This document shows, piece by piece, positions 1 through 12,391 of a stretch of DNA of 64,000 nucleotides. A program made the translations under genes and the position numbers. A model generated the notes under the pieces. That model did no database searches and had not been told where the DNA came from. It saw nothing but the letters and a program-made list of their open reading frames with translations. The stretch spans positions 1,116,001 through 1,180,000 of the forward strand of contig JANHCV010000012.1 of NCBI GenBank assembly GCA_025594325.1, written 5' to 3'. Position 1 is the stretch's first letter. Each line of letters starts with the position of its first letter. This DNA comes from Blastocladiella emersonii ATCC 22665 (lineage: Eukaryota; Fungi; Blastocladiomycota).

Positions 1-212
1 CGAGCGTCTCCGTCGCGAGTGGCTTGGATGACGCCGAAAGCAGGACAAATTTGCAAGACGAGGCGGGTCACCTCGGGAGCACGGCTGCGCGGCACGACCC
101 GCACGTACTGGAGCAGCCCGGGGACGTCGTGCGGGTCGTGCAGCCGGACGGCGCGCATGAGAATATCCGCAAGAATCTCACTGACGTCGAGTTTACGTTG
201 CATCAACTTCAT
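1..212 (-). CDS. 5' part of a gene running off the window (MKLMQRKLDVSEILADILMRAVRLH...), uncharacterised
   Basis: ATG at 212 in an accATG context; the frame is open to base 1 with GC3-rich codons. It is missing from the ORF track because there is no stop in the window. The N-terminus loosely resembles the F-box-like starts nearby. Confidence 0.5.
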   Translation of the reverse strand, partial: MKLMQRKLDVSEILADILMRAVRLHDPHDVPGLLQYVRVVPRSRAPEVTRLVLQICPAFGVIQATRDGDA

Positions 213-955
213 GGTAGATATTTCATGTGGTTGCATCGGTGGTGGGCGTGGACGAAGGAGTGGACGGAGGGCGAGACTCATGTGGCGCCACGAAATTTCG
301 GACGCCGAGCTGACGCCGCCACACAGCATCAGGTGAGCCACGTGCACCTGACCACCGCGTATTTCCCCGTTGCGACTTGTGAAAGACCGGCCCAAAAGGC
401 CTGATAGCGAGTTCTTGGAAGACGCCTAGTGAGCAACTACCGCCCCAAGTCTTGTCACTGGACGAACATTGGCGTTTGATTGACAACGTTCAAAACCAGC
501 AGCCCGGTGCCACCAAGGATGTGCGACAGGAGCACGGCTAGGCTGAAATGTGTACTGTCATTCTCGATCAATTTAAAGGCTTTGCTCCTACTTCAGGAGC
601 TGTATCGCGAATGATGCTGGAGCAGAACGCGAGGCGGTCGCGTAAACCGCCTCTGGCTCAGCCCTCCTCGAAACCGCTCGGAGAGCGTCATCATTACAGT
701 CTCCGACCAGCACGCCGCTTTCCCCTCCACAAATTTTGCACGCCGAGTACCTCCAGCTTCTTACAGATCGTGCCACCCATGAAGCGTTACTCCGAGCGGG
801 CGGCCCAAATCCCACCCTTGCGATCACGCGGATGAGCGGGACGAACTTGTTGATCGGCAATGGTACGCTTTTCCCGCAAGTTTGACTCCGACCTCGGCTA
901 CAGAGCTATGCGCTGTTGTCTATCCGCGGCTCGTAGCTGTACCACGCCGCGCCCA

Positions 956-1276
956 TTATTCAGTGGACGACACGAGCACCTTGCGGCTGAGGTAGCTCGC
1001 GGGCGCAAGCGCCGTAGTCGTCGTCGCAGCGGTCGCCGTCCTGTCGTTGGTTCCCGTCGCAGCCGCACCGGGTGTCACGGCGGTACCCGCTACGACGTCG
1101 TCCTCGAACTGCGTTACGAGTGTGCAGTCGTGGTACCAGCTCGAGAGGATACCACCGATCCCCATGAGCAAATTGTCCGAGTCGAGCGTGACCGCGGCCT
1201 CAATGCTCTAATCCTTCTCCTCTCACTGGATCCCGTCGTCGGACGAGTAGAACTGGAACACCTTCTGCTGCATCAT
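956..1276 (-). pseudogene. Decayed coding fragment, possibly from a periplasmic-binding (ANF-receptor/Venus flytrap) domain
   Basis: High-GC3 frame with two internal stops: MMQQKVFQFYSSDDGIQ*EEKD*SIEAAVTLDSDNLLMGIGGILSSWYHDCTLVTQF. It loosely resembles the AIEAA..L..GIIG..SS segment of ANF domains and abuts an A8 run at 1283-1290. Confidence 0.25.
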
Positions 1277-1309
1277 GGCCGCAAAAAAAACTGACGCAGG
1301 AGCGTCATA

Positions 1310-3113
1310 GTGTCGCGGCAGTCATGCCTCTCCATGCCGATTTTCGCGCACGTTCAACTTCTCATCGCCATTGCCTCTCGGGGCAACTCGATAGCGGCCC
1401 ACTGGATTTTGGCAAGCACGCTTGACCATGCTGCCGACCTGCTCAGGGTGGCTCGTGCCGATTGGTCGCCATCTACCTGGTTTGAGCGTGATTTTATTCA
1501 AGCCCACGGACTCCAAGTTTCGGGCTCAGCTGACGTTGCTCGATGTGCTTACGCTGACCTCAATATTTCACTGGAAGCCCGGATTTATCGAGGCACTAAC
1601 CAACTTGGGCCTCGCTGTCGATGTGCCGCTGCTTCTTGGTTACTGCAAGTCGAACTCATGGAACCTAAAGAAGTGCTTTCCCCGCCTCAGGGATATTGCC
1701 ACCGACGTTTTGCGCACGATCGACTGGCTGTTCCGCTTCGCGCCGTCGCTTGTAAATCGCATGCTCGAAGTCAGCCTTCTTAATATCCTTATGCGACCGC
1801 ACATGAGAGAAGTGCTTACTCGCGTCCTCACACACTACCCGAGTCAGATGCTGGCCTGCGCGACCCCCACAGACCGCGCGCGACTCGTCACCCGAGCATG
1901 GCAAACAGACCCTCGCATCGATCTCCTTGGTACCATCGACGATCGGCATTTGTTCGACGCCAGTACGCTTGCCTACACTTTGGCGCGGGCCCTCAGCGAC
2001 GACTTCGAACTCGCATTGACCGGGTTCAAGGAAGCGGTCCTTTCGCGAATCGGCAGTCAACTTCCAATTATCGTCATCACTGGTACGCACGCCGGCTCCT
2101 CCAGCCTCCAGGTGAAAACAAAACATCCTCACCATGACTAACCTCCTATGGTTTCTGTAGCGCTTAGACTTCGCCTAGATGCTTACGCAGAGGACATGGC
2201 CAGCGCGCAGCGCGTCCTCCTGTTCGCGCAGCAGCAGCACCCTGTCGACGATCTGCCCGCGATGATGGGCCAGTTCGCGACTTGCATTTGCACGGGATGC
2301 GATCCGAGTGACGCCAAGTTGCTGAAACCGCTCGCGAGACCGGGCCAGGGTTTCGATCTCGTTTTCGCATGCCCGACCACCACTGGACTTTCACCTCTTT
2401 TCGAACTTGCAGTCACCCTGATTGACCGGTCGCCTGAGGACCTTTGCATCCAATTTGCTTCCGCTCACTGGCTCATCGTTGCTGCGTTCCAGGATCCGGT
2501 CATGCGGGCTGCATTGATGTATCGAATCCAAGAACAGCCTCGGTTGGCCGAAAAACTGCTTGGAATCATGATCGAGGCGCAGCTTACGCCTGGCGTTCAG
2601 CTCGTTCACTCTTCGATTCCAGTTGGCAATGGCAACACCCGGACGTGCAACCAGTGCACGATTTTTGGTCAAGCGCCGTGGTTTGCAACCTTGACCGACT
2701 TGGTCACCATATGCGGCGGAATCACGCAGCTTTCCGAGTTCGTCAAACGAACTTTAAGCCTCGTGGTCGTGGTCGTGGTCGCGGGCAGCGGCCATCTCGT
2801 CAAGTGCTTCGCCGAAACGCGCAGCATTCCGTTGCCGCTAGCCTGCGTAGCGCACCACACCGAGTTCGCCGAGCGCGAGCTGGTTCGCCAGTTTATCCGC
2901 GTCGATCTGGACACGACCCTTCACATCATGTCGAGGCACGGATTCCCGTCCCTGGCCGAGTTTTGGCGCCTGATCCCCGACGGCGCAGTGGACGCGGTAC
3001 GCGACGCCACGTGGGTGCAGAACGGAATCAATGCGTTGAAGCGCGAGTTCCATGAGCGCCACATTCCCGCGCTTGTCGCGGAGCTGATTTGGGTTGATTT
3101 GCCAATGATCTGA
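1310..3113 (+). pseudogene. F-box-like family type C, copy C1 (5'-truncated, frameshifted)
   Basis: Frames 1310 and 1422 both align with C2 (QLLIAIASRGNSIAAHWIL; FHWKPGFIEAL), with a frameshift near 1500. Phase-1 intron 2083-2160 (GTACGC...GACTAAC...TAG) joins in frame to ORF 2148-3113. The F-box N-terminus is missing. Confidence 0.75.
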
Positions 3114-3218
3114 TCTGGTATTCTCACACGTCGCGAGGAGAGTGGTAATCTGTGAGCGGAGACGTCAAACGTTCAGCGTCGGCATTCAGCGAGTGCTCCT
3201 CGCCCGCCACGTTGAGCG

Positions 3219-3241
3219 ACGCGTTGCGCCACGCACGCGAC
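3219..3241 (+). promoter_or_regulatory. CGCGYYGCGCCACKCACGCGAC upstream element (also 5238, 7485, 9528 on +; 52603-52625, 50641-50660, 42454, 26133, 56154, 53092 on -)
   Basis: Recurrent 17-23-mer found in intergenic DNA, often 60-100 nt before F-box-like starts. Shorter variants precede the RBR (16114), E2 (32534) and MED9 (33510) genes. Confidence 0.55.
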
Positions 3242-3317
3242 GGGCTGTTCTCACGGAACGCGTCGGCTCGCGCTCTCCCCGAACCACCTTAACTCCGCAC
3301 ACACCATGATAGACACC

Positions 3318-5165
3318 ATGAAACTTGATGCATTGCCTCTGGAGCTCCTGGACCGAGTCCTGGGATGTGTCAACTGGCCCCGCTCGCACTTTGCCACGGC
3401 CACCCGCGAGCTCGCGGTAGCCGTCCGGAACTCTCCCGCGCTCCAAGCGGCGTGGCTGAACCGTCTGGTCGATCTCTATGACCATTTCCGCACTCCAATC
3501 AAGCAATGCCTTTGCAGGAAAACGAATTTTCACATAAATGGTCTCTGCCCGACGACTCCCATGGCTTCCTACCTCAGCACCCTGTTTCCAGGCGAGTCGG
3601 CTACCAGCGCTTTGAAGTTGACCTGCGTTCCGGGCAAGCGCGATCCGTTCCACGGGCCCGTACTCGACCGGTTTCTCCAAATCTATCAGCGGCCCCATGC
3701 CGCGGTGAGTTCGCCGCTCGAGCTTATCATTCATTTCATCGTCACGGACGATCGCGACCGATTCGCCACGGTTCTCAACCGCGTCGCCGACCAGGATCTG
3801 TCCCTCTTGACCGTGATCGACAACTTCATTGGCCTTGATCGTCACCTCCCACTTCATGCAACCCGTCGTACCATGCTCTCAGCCTGTCACGCGAAGTTCT
3901 GGAGGCGCACCAAATGCCGTACATCCACTGCCGGCTTTCTCACTATCGTCGCACTCGTCCATTGGTGCGATTGGGCGCTCGAACTCCTGTTCCAGCCAAA
4001 GTTCGCCGTCAAGTTCTACTTCTGCGCTGATTTCGTGTGGGGTACCGCTGGTCTCCAGCCGCCACGCGCGCCCGAAACAACCGACGACCAACTTCTTCCC
4101 CGCATGAGTGCGGTGCTTGCTCGGCTCCACGGTCGCGGGTGGGCGGACAAGTCGATGCGGGTCGGGTTCATGTTTGGTTCTTCGCTCGAGCTGCGCCAGT
4201 CCAACGAATTTCTCATCCAGCAGTATTATCCAGTCGCCGCCGACTCCGATGAACGCTCGAGTCGCATGAACAAGTTTCGTCTCTGGACCAAATATGCGAA
4301 ATACCAAGGCTTGGACCTTTTTCCTTTCCGCTGCGCGCTCAACATTTTGATCGAGAAGAAAGATCCGGCGCTTCTTCGCACCATGGTCGAATTGGGCGCT
4401 ATTGTCGATCTGTCGTGGGTCTACCTGTTCCAAAAGATGCCTGACGACGAGGCACTTTGGCGCGAGGCGATTCGCCTGATCTCTGGTCAGTTCTCGAACA
4501 GGCCGCTTTCCCGCATCATCACTCAAGGTACTGCCTTTTGCGCCACGTTGATGACTTTTCGCGACCGCCGCTAACTTCCACGTCTTCGCCTTTGCTTTGT
4601 ATCAGTCATCAATGCACCGACCGATCACATCACCATCTCGCCGACGGCCACGGTCGGGATCCTTACGCTGGCATCGATGGCGGGCCTCTACCCGGTCAAG
4701 CTTGTGGCCAATCAGTTTGCGCGAGGACTTGTCGCGAGCGGCGGCCTCGTCGATGTCGTCATGCTCATTTCGCTGGGGCTGCCAGGCGAGGAGCCACTCC
4801 CCACTGCGCCGCTTGATCTCCTCCGGCTACTTCTCAACCGGCCGAACGCGGACATGTCCGAGATCGACAAGCTTGCGATTGCTCAAGTTCTCTGCATTGC
4901 ACTCAACAACGAGACCCTCATGGTGCCGACGCTCGCGCACCTCGCTGACTGCGCCGCGATCCGGCGCAATGACGCGGCCCTCGTCAGTCCCAGCGAGTTC
5001 CTTGCTTCGTGCGAGGGCGATTTCGACTCGATTCAACGTGCGACGTGCACCTTGCCCCCACACCCGAGTAGTTTCGCAAAGGACCCGCGGCGCACCGCCT
5101 GGATGCACGTCGTCGACGTGCTTGGTCGCTTTTCCACTCGTACCAGCCTCCCTATCGATTCGTAG
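3318..5165 (+). CDS. F-box-like protein type A, copy A1 (exons 3318-4527, 4606-5165; about 588 aa)
   Basis: N-terminus MKLDALPLELLDRVL...ATRELAVAVRNSPALQAAW fits the F-box consensus. Intron 4528-4605 (GTACTG, branch GCTAAC, TCAG) joins ORFs 3306 and 4677 in frame. An upstream ATG at 3306 is an alternative start. Confidence 0.8.
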
Positions 5166-5320
5166 GAACGTTGTCGTAAGCGCTACTGAATGAATCACTC
5201 TGCACATTACTGTTCTCCTGCCGACTCGAACAGTGAGACGCGTCGCGCCACGCACGCGACCCCTTGAAGCGCGGGCGGCGCCACGTTCTCACGCTCCCGC
5301 AAACGCAACTGATGGAGACC

Positions 5321-7319
5321 ATGAAGCTGAATGACTTGCCGCAACATATCATCGAGGATTTGCTCATGCTTGTAGAGAAACCGCGCGCGTCCGTTATCGC
5401 GAGCTCGAGTGAGCTTGTGCAGGCGGCGCGCACCCCGCGCGTGCACACGATCTGGACCCACTGCGTTATCCGCAGAACTGCGATACCGATCCTCGCAGTC
5501 TCTCGGTGTAACTGCGACTTTCCATGCGCCGAGTCGTCGCTGCGCACCCAGCTTTCCGTCTACCTCGGAAGCCTCTTCTTTGGGCACCGGGACTCGGGTT
5601 TCTCGCACCGTCTTGACCCGGCGCCCTCTGTCACGCACCCGTTCAATAGCGTCATCATCGAGCGAGTCGTGCGCGCCGCTCGGCACTCTGCTTCCACCGG
5701 CAGCCCGCTCGCCGTGCAGCTCGACGCGTACCTTGCCACGCTTGATGCCTTTCTCGCCTCGCTGCGCAAGTCGACGGTTGGCTCAGACGTCGATTCGGAC
5801 CTCGGCTCAGACCTCAACGACACGGAGCCAGGCGCCGACCTGCCCGCTGCGTCCGGCACCTCCGCTGCCACGCACCCCGGCAGCTTCGACCTTGCGGCCC
5901 TGTGGGACTGCATGGAAGGGTTGCCGGCCCGCCCTCGGTACTGCTATATCCCGTACGGTGTGATCGCGTTGCCCGTCAGCTTCACGCTGGTCCCGTGCGG
6001 CTTGTTCCTCGCCATTTTCTTCTTGTTTGCCGGCGACCTCAAGCGCATGAAGCCGCTCCTGGACGCGCTCGTCGCGGCCGACCCGACGATTCTCACGCTC
6101 AAGCGGCCTGTCGGGACCTGGATGCGCTTTGAAATCGGCCAGCACATCGACTGCGAGCTGATTCGCTACGCGCCTCCCGCGTCCGATCCTGCAAACCACG
6201 TCACGTTCCCCGAGTACCTCGCGACGCTCGCGTTCCTCGATTGGAACGTGGACGTGCTCGACATTCTCGTGCAGCCGCCGTACTCGATCGACGGCGGTTC
6301 CATCTTCGAGCTCGCCATGCGGATGCCTCGTACCGAATCGGACGGCTTTATCCTCGAGAACGATCCCGACGGTACATTCGACCGTGCGACGGGCGTCCTC
6401 CAGTGGCTTCTCACACACGGCTGGATCGACACGGAGCTGCACGTCCTCTGCTGTGCTCTCGGCGATCATTTGCTCGTCAAGCATCTCCTTTCGACCTACT
6501 ACTTGAACATTGCATCTTACCTGGTCGATGCCGATCGTCGTAAGTACATTGCAGGCAAGCTCACCCCGCTGATTCTGGAGCACCGTGATCTGGAGCTGCT
6601 CACGGCCGCGGTCGATGTCGGGACCGTCTCGGACGACATGTGGGCGCTCCTTCTTGGCGAAATCGACAACGACGAGTGGCGCCGGTCGGTGGCCTACTAT
6701 GCCAAAGCTCCCTCCGTGGTCAAGGATTGGTACGCGGTTATCAAAGGAGGTCCGTCCCGCTCCACCGTCCGCGCCTGACGGGGACCCAACTCACACTGCT
6801 CGCTCCCTCATGACGCGTGTAGCTTTGGCCGCGCGCGCCTGCAGCGCCGAAAAGTTTGCCGGCCTGCTCGAGCTCGCCTGCCTGGTGTCGCCGTTCCCGC
6901 TGAGCTTCATCACGTACACGGAGCTCAAGATGGCGCTCGTGTCCGAGAGCCTCCTCCCCGCGCTTCGCCTGTTCTTTGATCGCGGTCTCGTCTACCCGAA
7001 CGCACTCGCCCTCCTCGCGCACATCGTGGAGTTTGACGCCAACGAGTGCCAGCTCAACTACATGAAGCAGGCCACCGCGAGCCTTCTGTCGTTTGCCATC
7101 AACGACTACCGCATGACCGAGATGACACTCAGCTACGTCGGCACCAAGGACGTCGCGGGCTTCCTGATGGACCTCGCGTGCCTCGACCAGCCGAACCACC
7201 TGCTGAACGCGCACCACGTCGCGTGCACGGTCCCGACCCACCCCTGTGCGCCGCCCGGGACCAAGCCGTGGCACTTTGCTGCGGGCCTGATCCGAGAGCG
7301 GTGCGGCGGACAGAAGTAA
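5321..7319 (+). CDS. F-box-like protein type B, copy B1 (exons 5321-6749, 6823-7319)
   Basis: Starts MKLNDLPQHIIEDLL. Intron 6750-6822 (GTCCGT...GTAG) joins ORFs 5264 and 6585 in frame. It shares W(L)xxxGWxD and (LS/LC)xA(I/L)ND motifs with type A. Confidence 0.8.
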
Positions 7320-7596
7320 CGCGGGTGGCGCTGAACGTTCTGGTTTTGCTTGCACAATGCTATCTGACTTGTTTCCTTCCTCTCGTCCGTTCTCCCTCAG
7401 TGATCTCCCAAGTATCTCCAGAAGTGGCGGCCTTTGCGAGTTGAGTGAACCGCCAGGATTCTCTGCGGGGGGTTCCCGCGCAGGGCGCGTTGCGCCACTC
7501 ACGCGACCGCTCGCTTCCCGCGGAGGCGCGATGAAGCGCGTCAGCTCGCTCTCTGCTCGGATCACCGCAACTCGCACACACACCATGCAATATACC

Positions 7597-9455
7597 ATGA
7601 AACTTGATGCATTGCCCTTGGAGCTCCTCGAACAGGTCCTGGCGTGCGTCAAGCGGCCGCGCTCGAAGTTTGCCACGGCGACCCGCGAGCTCGCATCGGC
7701 CGTTCGGAACTCTTCCCTGCTTCAAGTGGTGTGGCTGAACCGGTTAATTGAGCACTTTGGCCGTAATCGCACTCCAATGGCACAGTTTTTGCACCCGCGC
7801 ATCCGCCCGCAGGTCGAAAACCAGACGCGTCCGAAGTCCCCGCTTGCGATCTTCCTCGGCACGTTTTTCTCGTCCAGCGCTCACAAGAGATACGCCATGG
7901 GTGTCTCTCCGATGAAGCTCGATCCGTTCCGCGGGCCCGTGCTTGACTGGATCGGCAAAAGCTTCCGTGATTCTTGTCAAATGGACCCGCCGGTCGAGCT
8001 CCTCGTCTACTTCATTCTCACCGACAATCCCGACCGGTTTTCCGCGCTCCTCAATCAAATCACCGAGCTGTATCCATCTGTTCTTGGCACATCCGACGAG
8101 ATCGCCAACCTGGCTCACCGCGTTCCGCTCAATGTGACCTGCGGCATTATCCTCAAGGCCGAGGTCTGGACCAAAGCCCAAGCGAGCATTGGACTGGGTC
8201 GTGCAACACGCGCTTCGGTTGCCACCTTTCTCGCTATCCTTGCACTCGCCCAGTGGAACGATTGGGCCCTCGAGCTGTTGCTCAAGCCCGTGTATGCAGT
8301 CGATGCGTCGTTCTGCGCCGAATTCCTATGGGGGTCCCTCGCCATCACGTCATACCACAACAAAATCCCGACGAGCGACAGCACTGCTTGTGGGCGCGTA
8401 TCAGCCGTCCTCGCTCGCCTTCGCGGCCACGGGTGGGCCGACAACTCGATGCGGCTTGGGGTCATGTTTTCCGCGGTACCGAAGCTGCGCCAGACCATCA
8501 AGTTTCTCTTTCAGCAGTACTTTTCGCTGCCCGCCACTCCGGCTGAGCGCACTTCGCGCAGCAACGGACTCTATGAATTGGCTTCGAATTTCAAGCAAGC
8601 CAATCTTCCTCTTCCTCGCCCTCTCTTCTTCAGCGCGCTCGATCTCATTCTTGAACACGGCGATTTGGAGCTCTTGATCGTCATGGCCGACTTGGGCACA
8701 CTTGTCCAGCAATCGTGGATCTACCTGCTTCAGCGTATGCCTTACGACGGCGAACTATGGCGCGTGGTGCTTCGACTACTTCGCCGGGCCGAGCCCAAGC
8801 CCAAGCGACTCTGTAATATCATCACTCAAGGTACCGCCACTCTTCATTCTTCGTTACATGGTCGCTTGCATCACTGACATCCACGGCCCATTTTGTAGCG
8901 CTTCATTCATCCACGGCCCGCATCACTACCAATCCGGAGGCAACGATCGAGATTCTCGCGCTTTATTCTTCTGCACGCACCTGTCCCGTCAAGCTCCTCG
9001 CAGAACAGTTTGCTCGTGGTCTTGTTTCGAACGGCCATCTTGTCGAGGTTCTCATGCACGTCACGCTGGGCCTGCCTGGCGAATTGCCGGTTCCTGCCGC
9101 GCCGCTTGCTCTCCTACGTCTGCTTCTCGCCCGTCGGAGCGTAAACATGCCTGAAATCGACGTGCAGGCGATCGCTCAAGTTCTCTGTATTGCACTCAAT
9201 GACGAGACGCTCATGGCATTCGCGCTCGCGCACCTTATCGATCAAGCCGCTGGCCAGCGCCAAGGAACGGTCATTGCTGCACTGCTCGAGTTCCTCCGCT
9301 CGTGCGACAACGACGCGATGGAGCGCGCTACTTTCGAGGTGCCCGTCCACCCGACCCGACGCGGAGCGGACCCGCCGTGCACCGCCTGGACGTATGCTGT
9401 TGATGCGCTGCTGAGTCGCTTCACCACTCACGAAAGCGTCCCTATGGAATCGTAA
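7597..9455 (+). CDS. F-box-like protein type A, copy A2 (exons 7597-8830, 8899-9455)
   Basis: Starts MKLDALPLELLEQVL and is colinear with A1. Intron 8831-8898 is at the same IITQ|G position and joins in frame to ORF 9054. Confidence 0.8.
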
Positions 9456-9646
9456 GCCCTCTCGTGAGGACGCTATTGAATGAAAACCATTGCACTATCC
9501 TGCTCGCTCGTCGACCCCAACGGTGAGCCGCGTTGCGCCACTTACGCGACCAAATTAACCGAGTGTAACCTTGCCATTAGTTTGTACGGCATGCGGGTTG
9601 CGGGAAGTCGAAGCGCGCTCGCGGCGCGAGACGGAGGTGAGATGAG

Positions 9647-9666
9647 ACGCGTTTTGAAAACACGTG
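9647..9666 (+). promoter_or_regulatory. Composite ACGCGT-N8-CACGTG element (also at 12205, 13588, 14977, 27345, 34334, 37766)
   Basis: Fixed 8-nt spacer between an MCB-like and an E-box-like hexamer, mostly about 70-170 nt upstream of start codons of unrelated genes. Confidence 0.6.
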
Positions 9667-9733
9667 ATCGGCTCGGGCCGATTTTTCGTCGAGGCGAGAA
9701 GAAGAGCGCTTCCGCTCCGTCAAACTCACTACC

Positions 9734-12045
9734 ATGGAGCACATAACGACTACCATGGAGCAAAACTTGATGCAATGCGATTCAGAAGTCAGCGGCGACG
9801 CGGACCCAAGTTTCGCGGCTGCGGCCGCCGAATTCAGTCTCCGCGACGTCCCGCTCGACCTGCTTGTTCCCATCCTGCAGTTGGCAAAGCCGCGAGACTA
9901 TCTTTACGCTGCTACTCGCGAAATTCAGCAAGTCGCCTCGACGCCTGGCATCCAGCGCGCGTGGAACCGCCATCGCCTGCGTCCGTGGCTCTGCAACGAC
10001 TTGGACGACGTTGACTTTGGCTACTATAGCAATGTCACCGACCTTGAGGTATACCTGGAGCACGTCAACGCCGACAAAAAGTCCCGTCCTGGTCGCTATT
10101 TCTATCGCGCAGCTTCGGATTTGTTTCTACATGCGATGGAGTCAATGCGCAGGACGTGGACGAAGGACCCCGGGATGCTTGATGTACTGGCTATATCTCC
10201 ACAAACGAAAAGTGCACTGGAGAATGGTTTGATCGATTTTGGAACGCCCTCACTCCCGTTGTGGGTCACTTCACCCGTCTTCTCACAAGCTCAGTTGCTC
10301 GTCGCTGCCGTGACCTTGGGCGACTCGCATGCGGCACGTTGAGTTCTCGAAGATTCGCTTGATCGGGCACCGGAGCTGCTCGACGTTGCGCACAATGATT
10401 GGGATCCGGTTCACGAAAACTGGCTGCTGGACTTGTATTTCATCGAACACTCAAGTTCAATGCGGTTGCTTGACCAGCTAGCGCTACTCTCTGTTTTATA
10501 TTGGAAGCCCGGATACCTGGAGGCTCTCACCGACCGCGGTCTTGTGGTCGATACGGCCGCGGTACTCCGGACCCTCAAGGCCGAACGTAGGCTCAAGTCA
10601 ACGCTTCAGCAACGCTGCCCCGAGGGTGTCACGGAATCCAACGACGCATCGGGCATGCTCAGCTGGCTCTTTCAGTTTGCACCGTTGCTTGTGGACCAAG
10701 TGCTTGAATCTGATGTAGTTGCTCGGCTCAAACGAGCCGACAACAAGGCTGCTATCGCTTTAGTACTTGCGCATCGCCCGAAAACGGTCCTTGTGGGGCG
10801 GAACGTGACGGACCACGCGAAGCTCATCGCGTCGCTTTGCTACGACAGCGATGCTTTGGCCTTGCTCAACACGCTTGCGTCTCATCAGCTACTTGACATG
10901 AAGCTTCTCGCAGAACTCTTGGCTCTCGCTCTTGGCGAACATGGCGAACAGCGTCCACCTAGGCTCAAGGATGCTGTGATCGCGCAAGCAGCCGGGAAAC
11001 TCTCGGACGTCGTTCTGACAGGTACGGTAATCCATGGGAGCACGAAAGAAGCCAGTGACTGACCAGTGACATACCGGGTTTTCCCACGACAGCTTTCCTC
11101 GAATACCTCCAGTGTCGCCCTGTAGGCGCGACCGGCGCCCGCTACTTCTTCTACTTCGCGTGCGAACAGCTTCCTAGCGAGTTTCCAGCTCTTCTGGTCA
11201 AGTTCGAATCGTGCATTCGCAACGGCCGCGACCCGAACGACTCGAAGACGAGGACGAAGTCGCTTTCGGATTGGCAAGGACGCTTCAGGTCGATCTTTGC
11301 GATCCCGACTCGCGACAACATTCCGGGTCTCTTTTCGCTTGCCATGGACTTTATTGGCCGCTCGCCTGATACCGCGTGCGCGGAGCTCACATGTGTGCAC
11401 TGGCTCCTCGTCGCGGCGCTCCAGCATCCCGAGACTCGTACGGCCGCCTTGGCTCAAGTTCAGGACAAGTCAAGCCTTGCACGAAAACTCGCTGGCATCA
11501 TGATTGCGGCGCAGCCTCAGGTTGGCGGGTGCCGAACCCACGCGTCCCTTATCGTTCGGCCTGGTAACTCGCATTCTTGTGAAATTTGTCCGCTGGCCGG
11601 CCAGTCGCCGTGGTTTGACACGCTCTCTGATCTCATGGCAGTGAGCGGCGGACTCATGCAGCTCCCCGACTTTGCCAAGCAAACGCTGCGCTGGCTGCTC
11701 AACAACCACACTCAGCTGGATTCGCTCTTCAACCACGCCTCGAACTTCCGTAATCGCCCGCAGCTGCACGAAACGTGCCTTGCTCACAGCGTCGAATGCC
11801 CCGAGCGCGAGCTGATCCGCCTCCTCGCTTGCACCGATCTCGATGCGCTGCTCCACGTTCTGTCGCGCGACGGATGCCCGACCGCAGTCGAGTTCTGGCG
11901 CCTGGTTCCTGACGGCGCGCTTGACGCTGTTCGCGATGCCGCGTGGGTTCGGAGCGCAATCGATTCGTGCAAGCGCGACCCTTGCGCGACGAAGTTGATC
12001 GAGCAGATCAAGCGTGTCGCTCCAATCGCGTCCGCTGAGCAGTGA
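9734..12045 (+). pseudogene. F-box-like family type C, copy C2, intact except one in-frame TGA (exons 9734-11021, 11093-12045)
   Basis: F-box-like LRDVPLDLLVPILQL...ATREIQQVAS. ORFs 9734 and 10433 share one frame, separated only by TGA 10340-10342. Phase-1 intron 11022-11092 joins in frame to ORF 11344. Confidence 0.75.
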
Positions 12046-12391
12046 CCAGCGTGTCTGCGTGCGACCGCCTCGGGCTTGTGTGAAGTGCAATTCTGAATTT
12101 TTTTTTCGTTATTTCCAAAGAGGTCTGCGCTAAAGAGGAGCCCCCGAGATCAGCCACTGAGCAAAGCGTGCCTCGTAATCACGCGCTGTGAGACTCGGTG
12201 CGAGACGCGTTTTGAAATCACGTGGGCCGGGCGACGCGTCTCGCACTCGAGCCCCAGGTGTGAGACGCCTTGTCTCCAGAGGGAGACCGTGTGGGACTCT
12301 GCGCTTGCAGAGGCCTTGGATGACTTTGGAACCCTGGATCGGGGAACCGCCGCCAGGTGCTGCTCTCCAACTCCATGCAACGAACTGTGAC

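Noticed and set aside
24-404. Plus-strand ORF 24-404 as a gene
   Set aside because: The minus-strand frame from 212 has the ATG context and codon bias; this ORF is its antisense shadow.
548-900. Short ORFs 548-835 and 588-860 as the missing 5' end of C1
   Set aside because: No similarity to the C2 N-terminus in any frame I checked.
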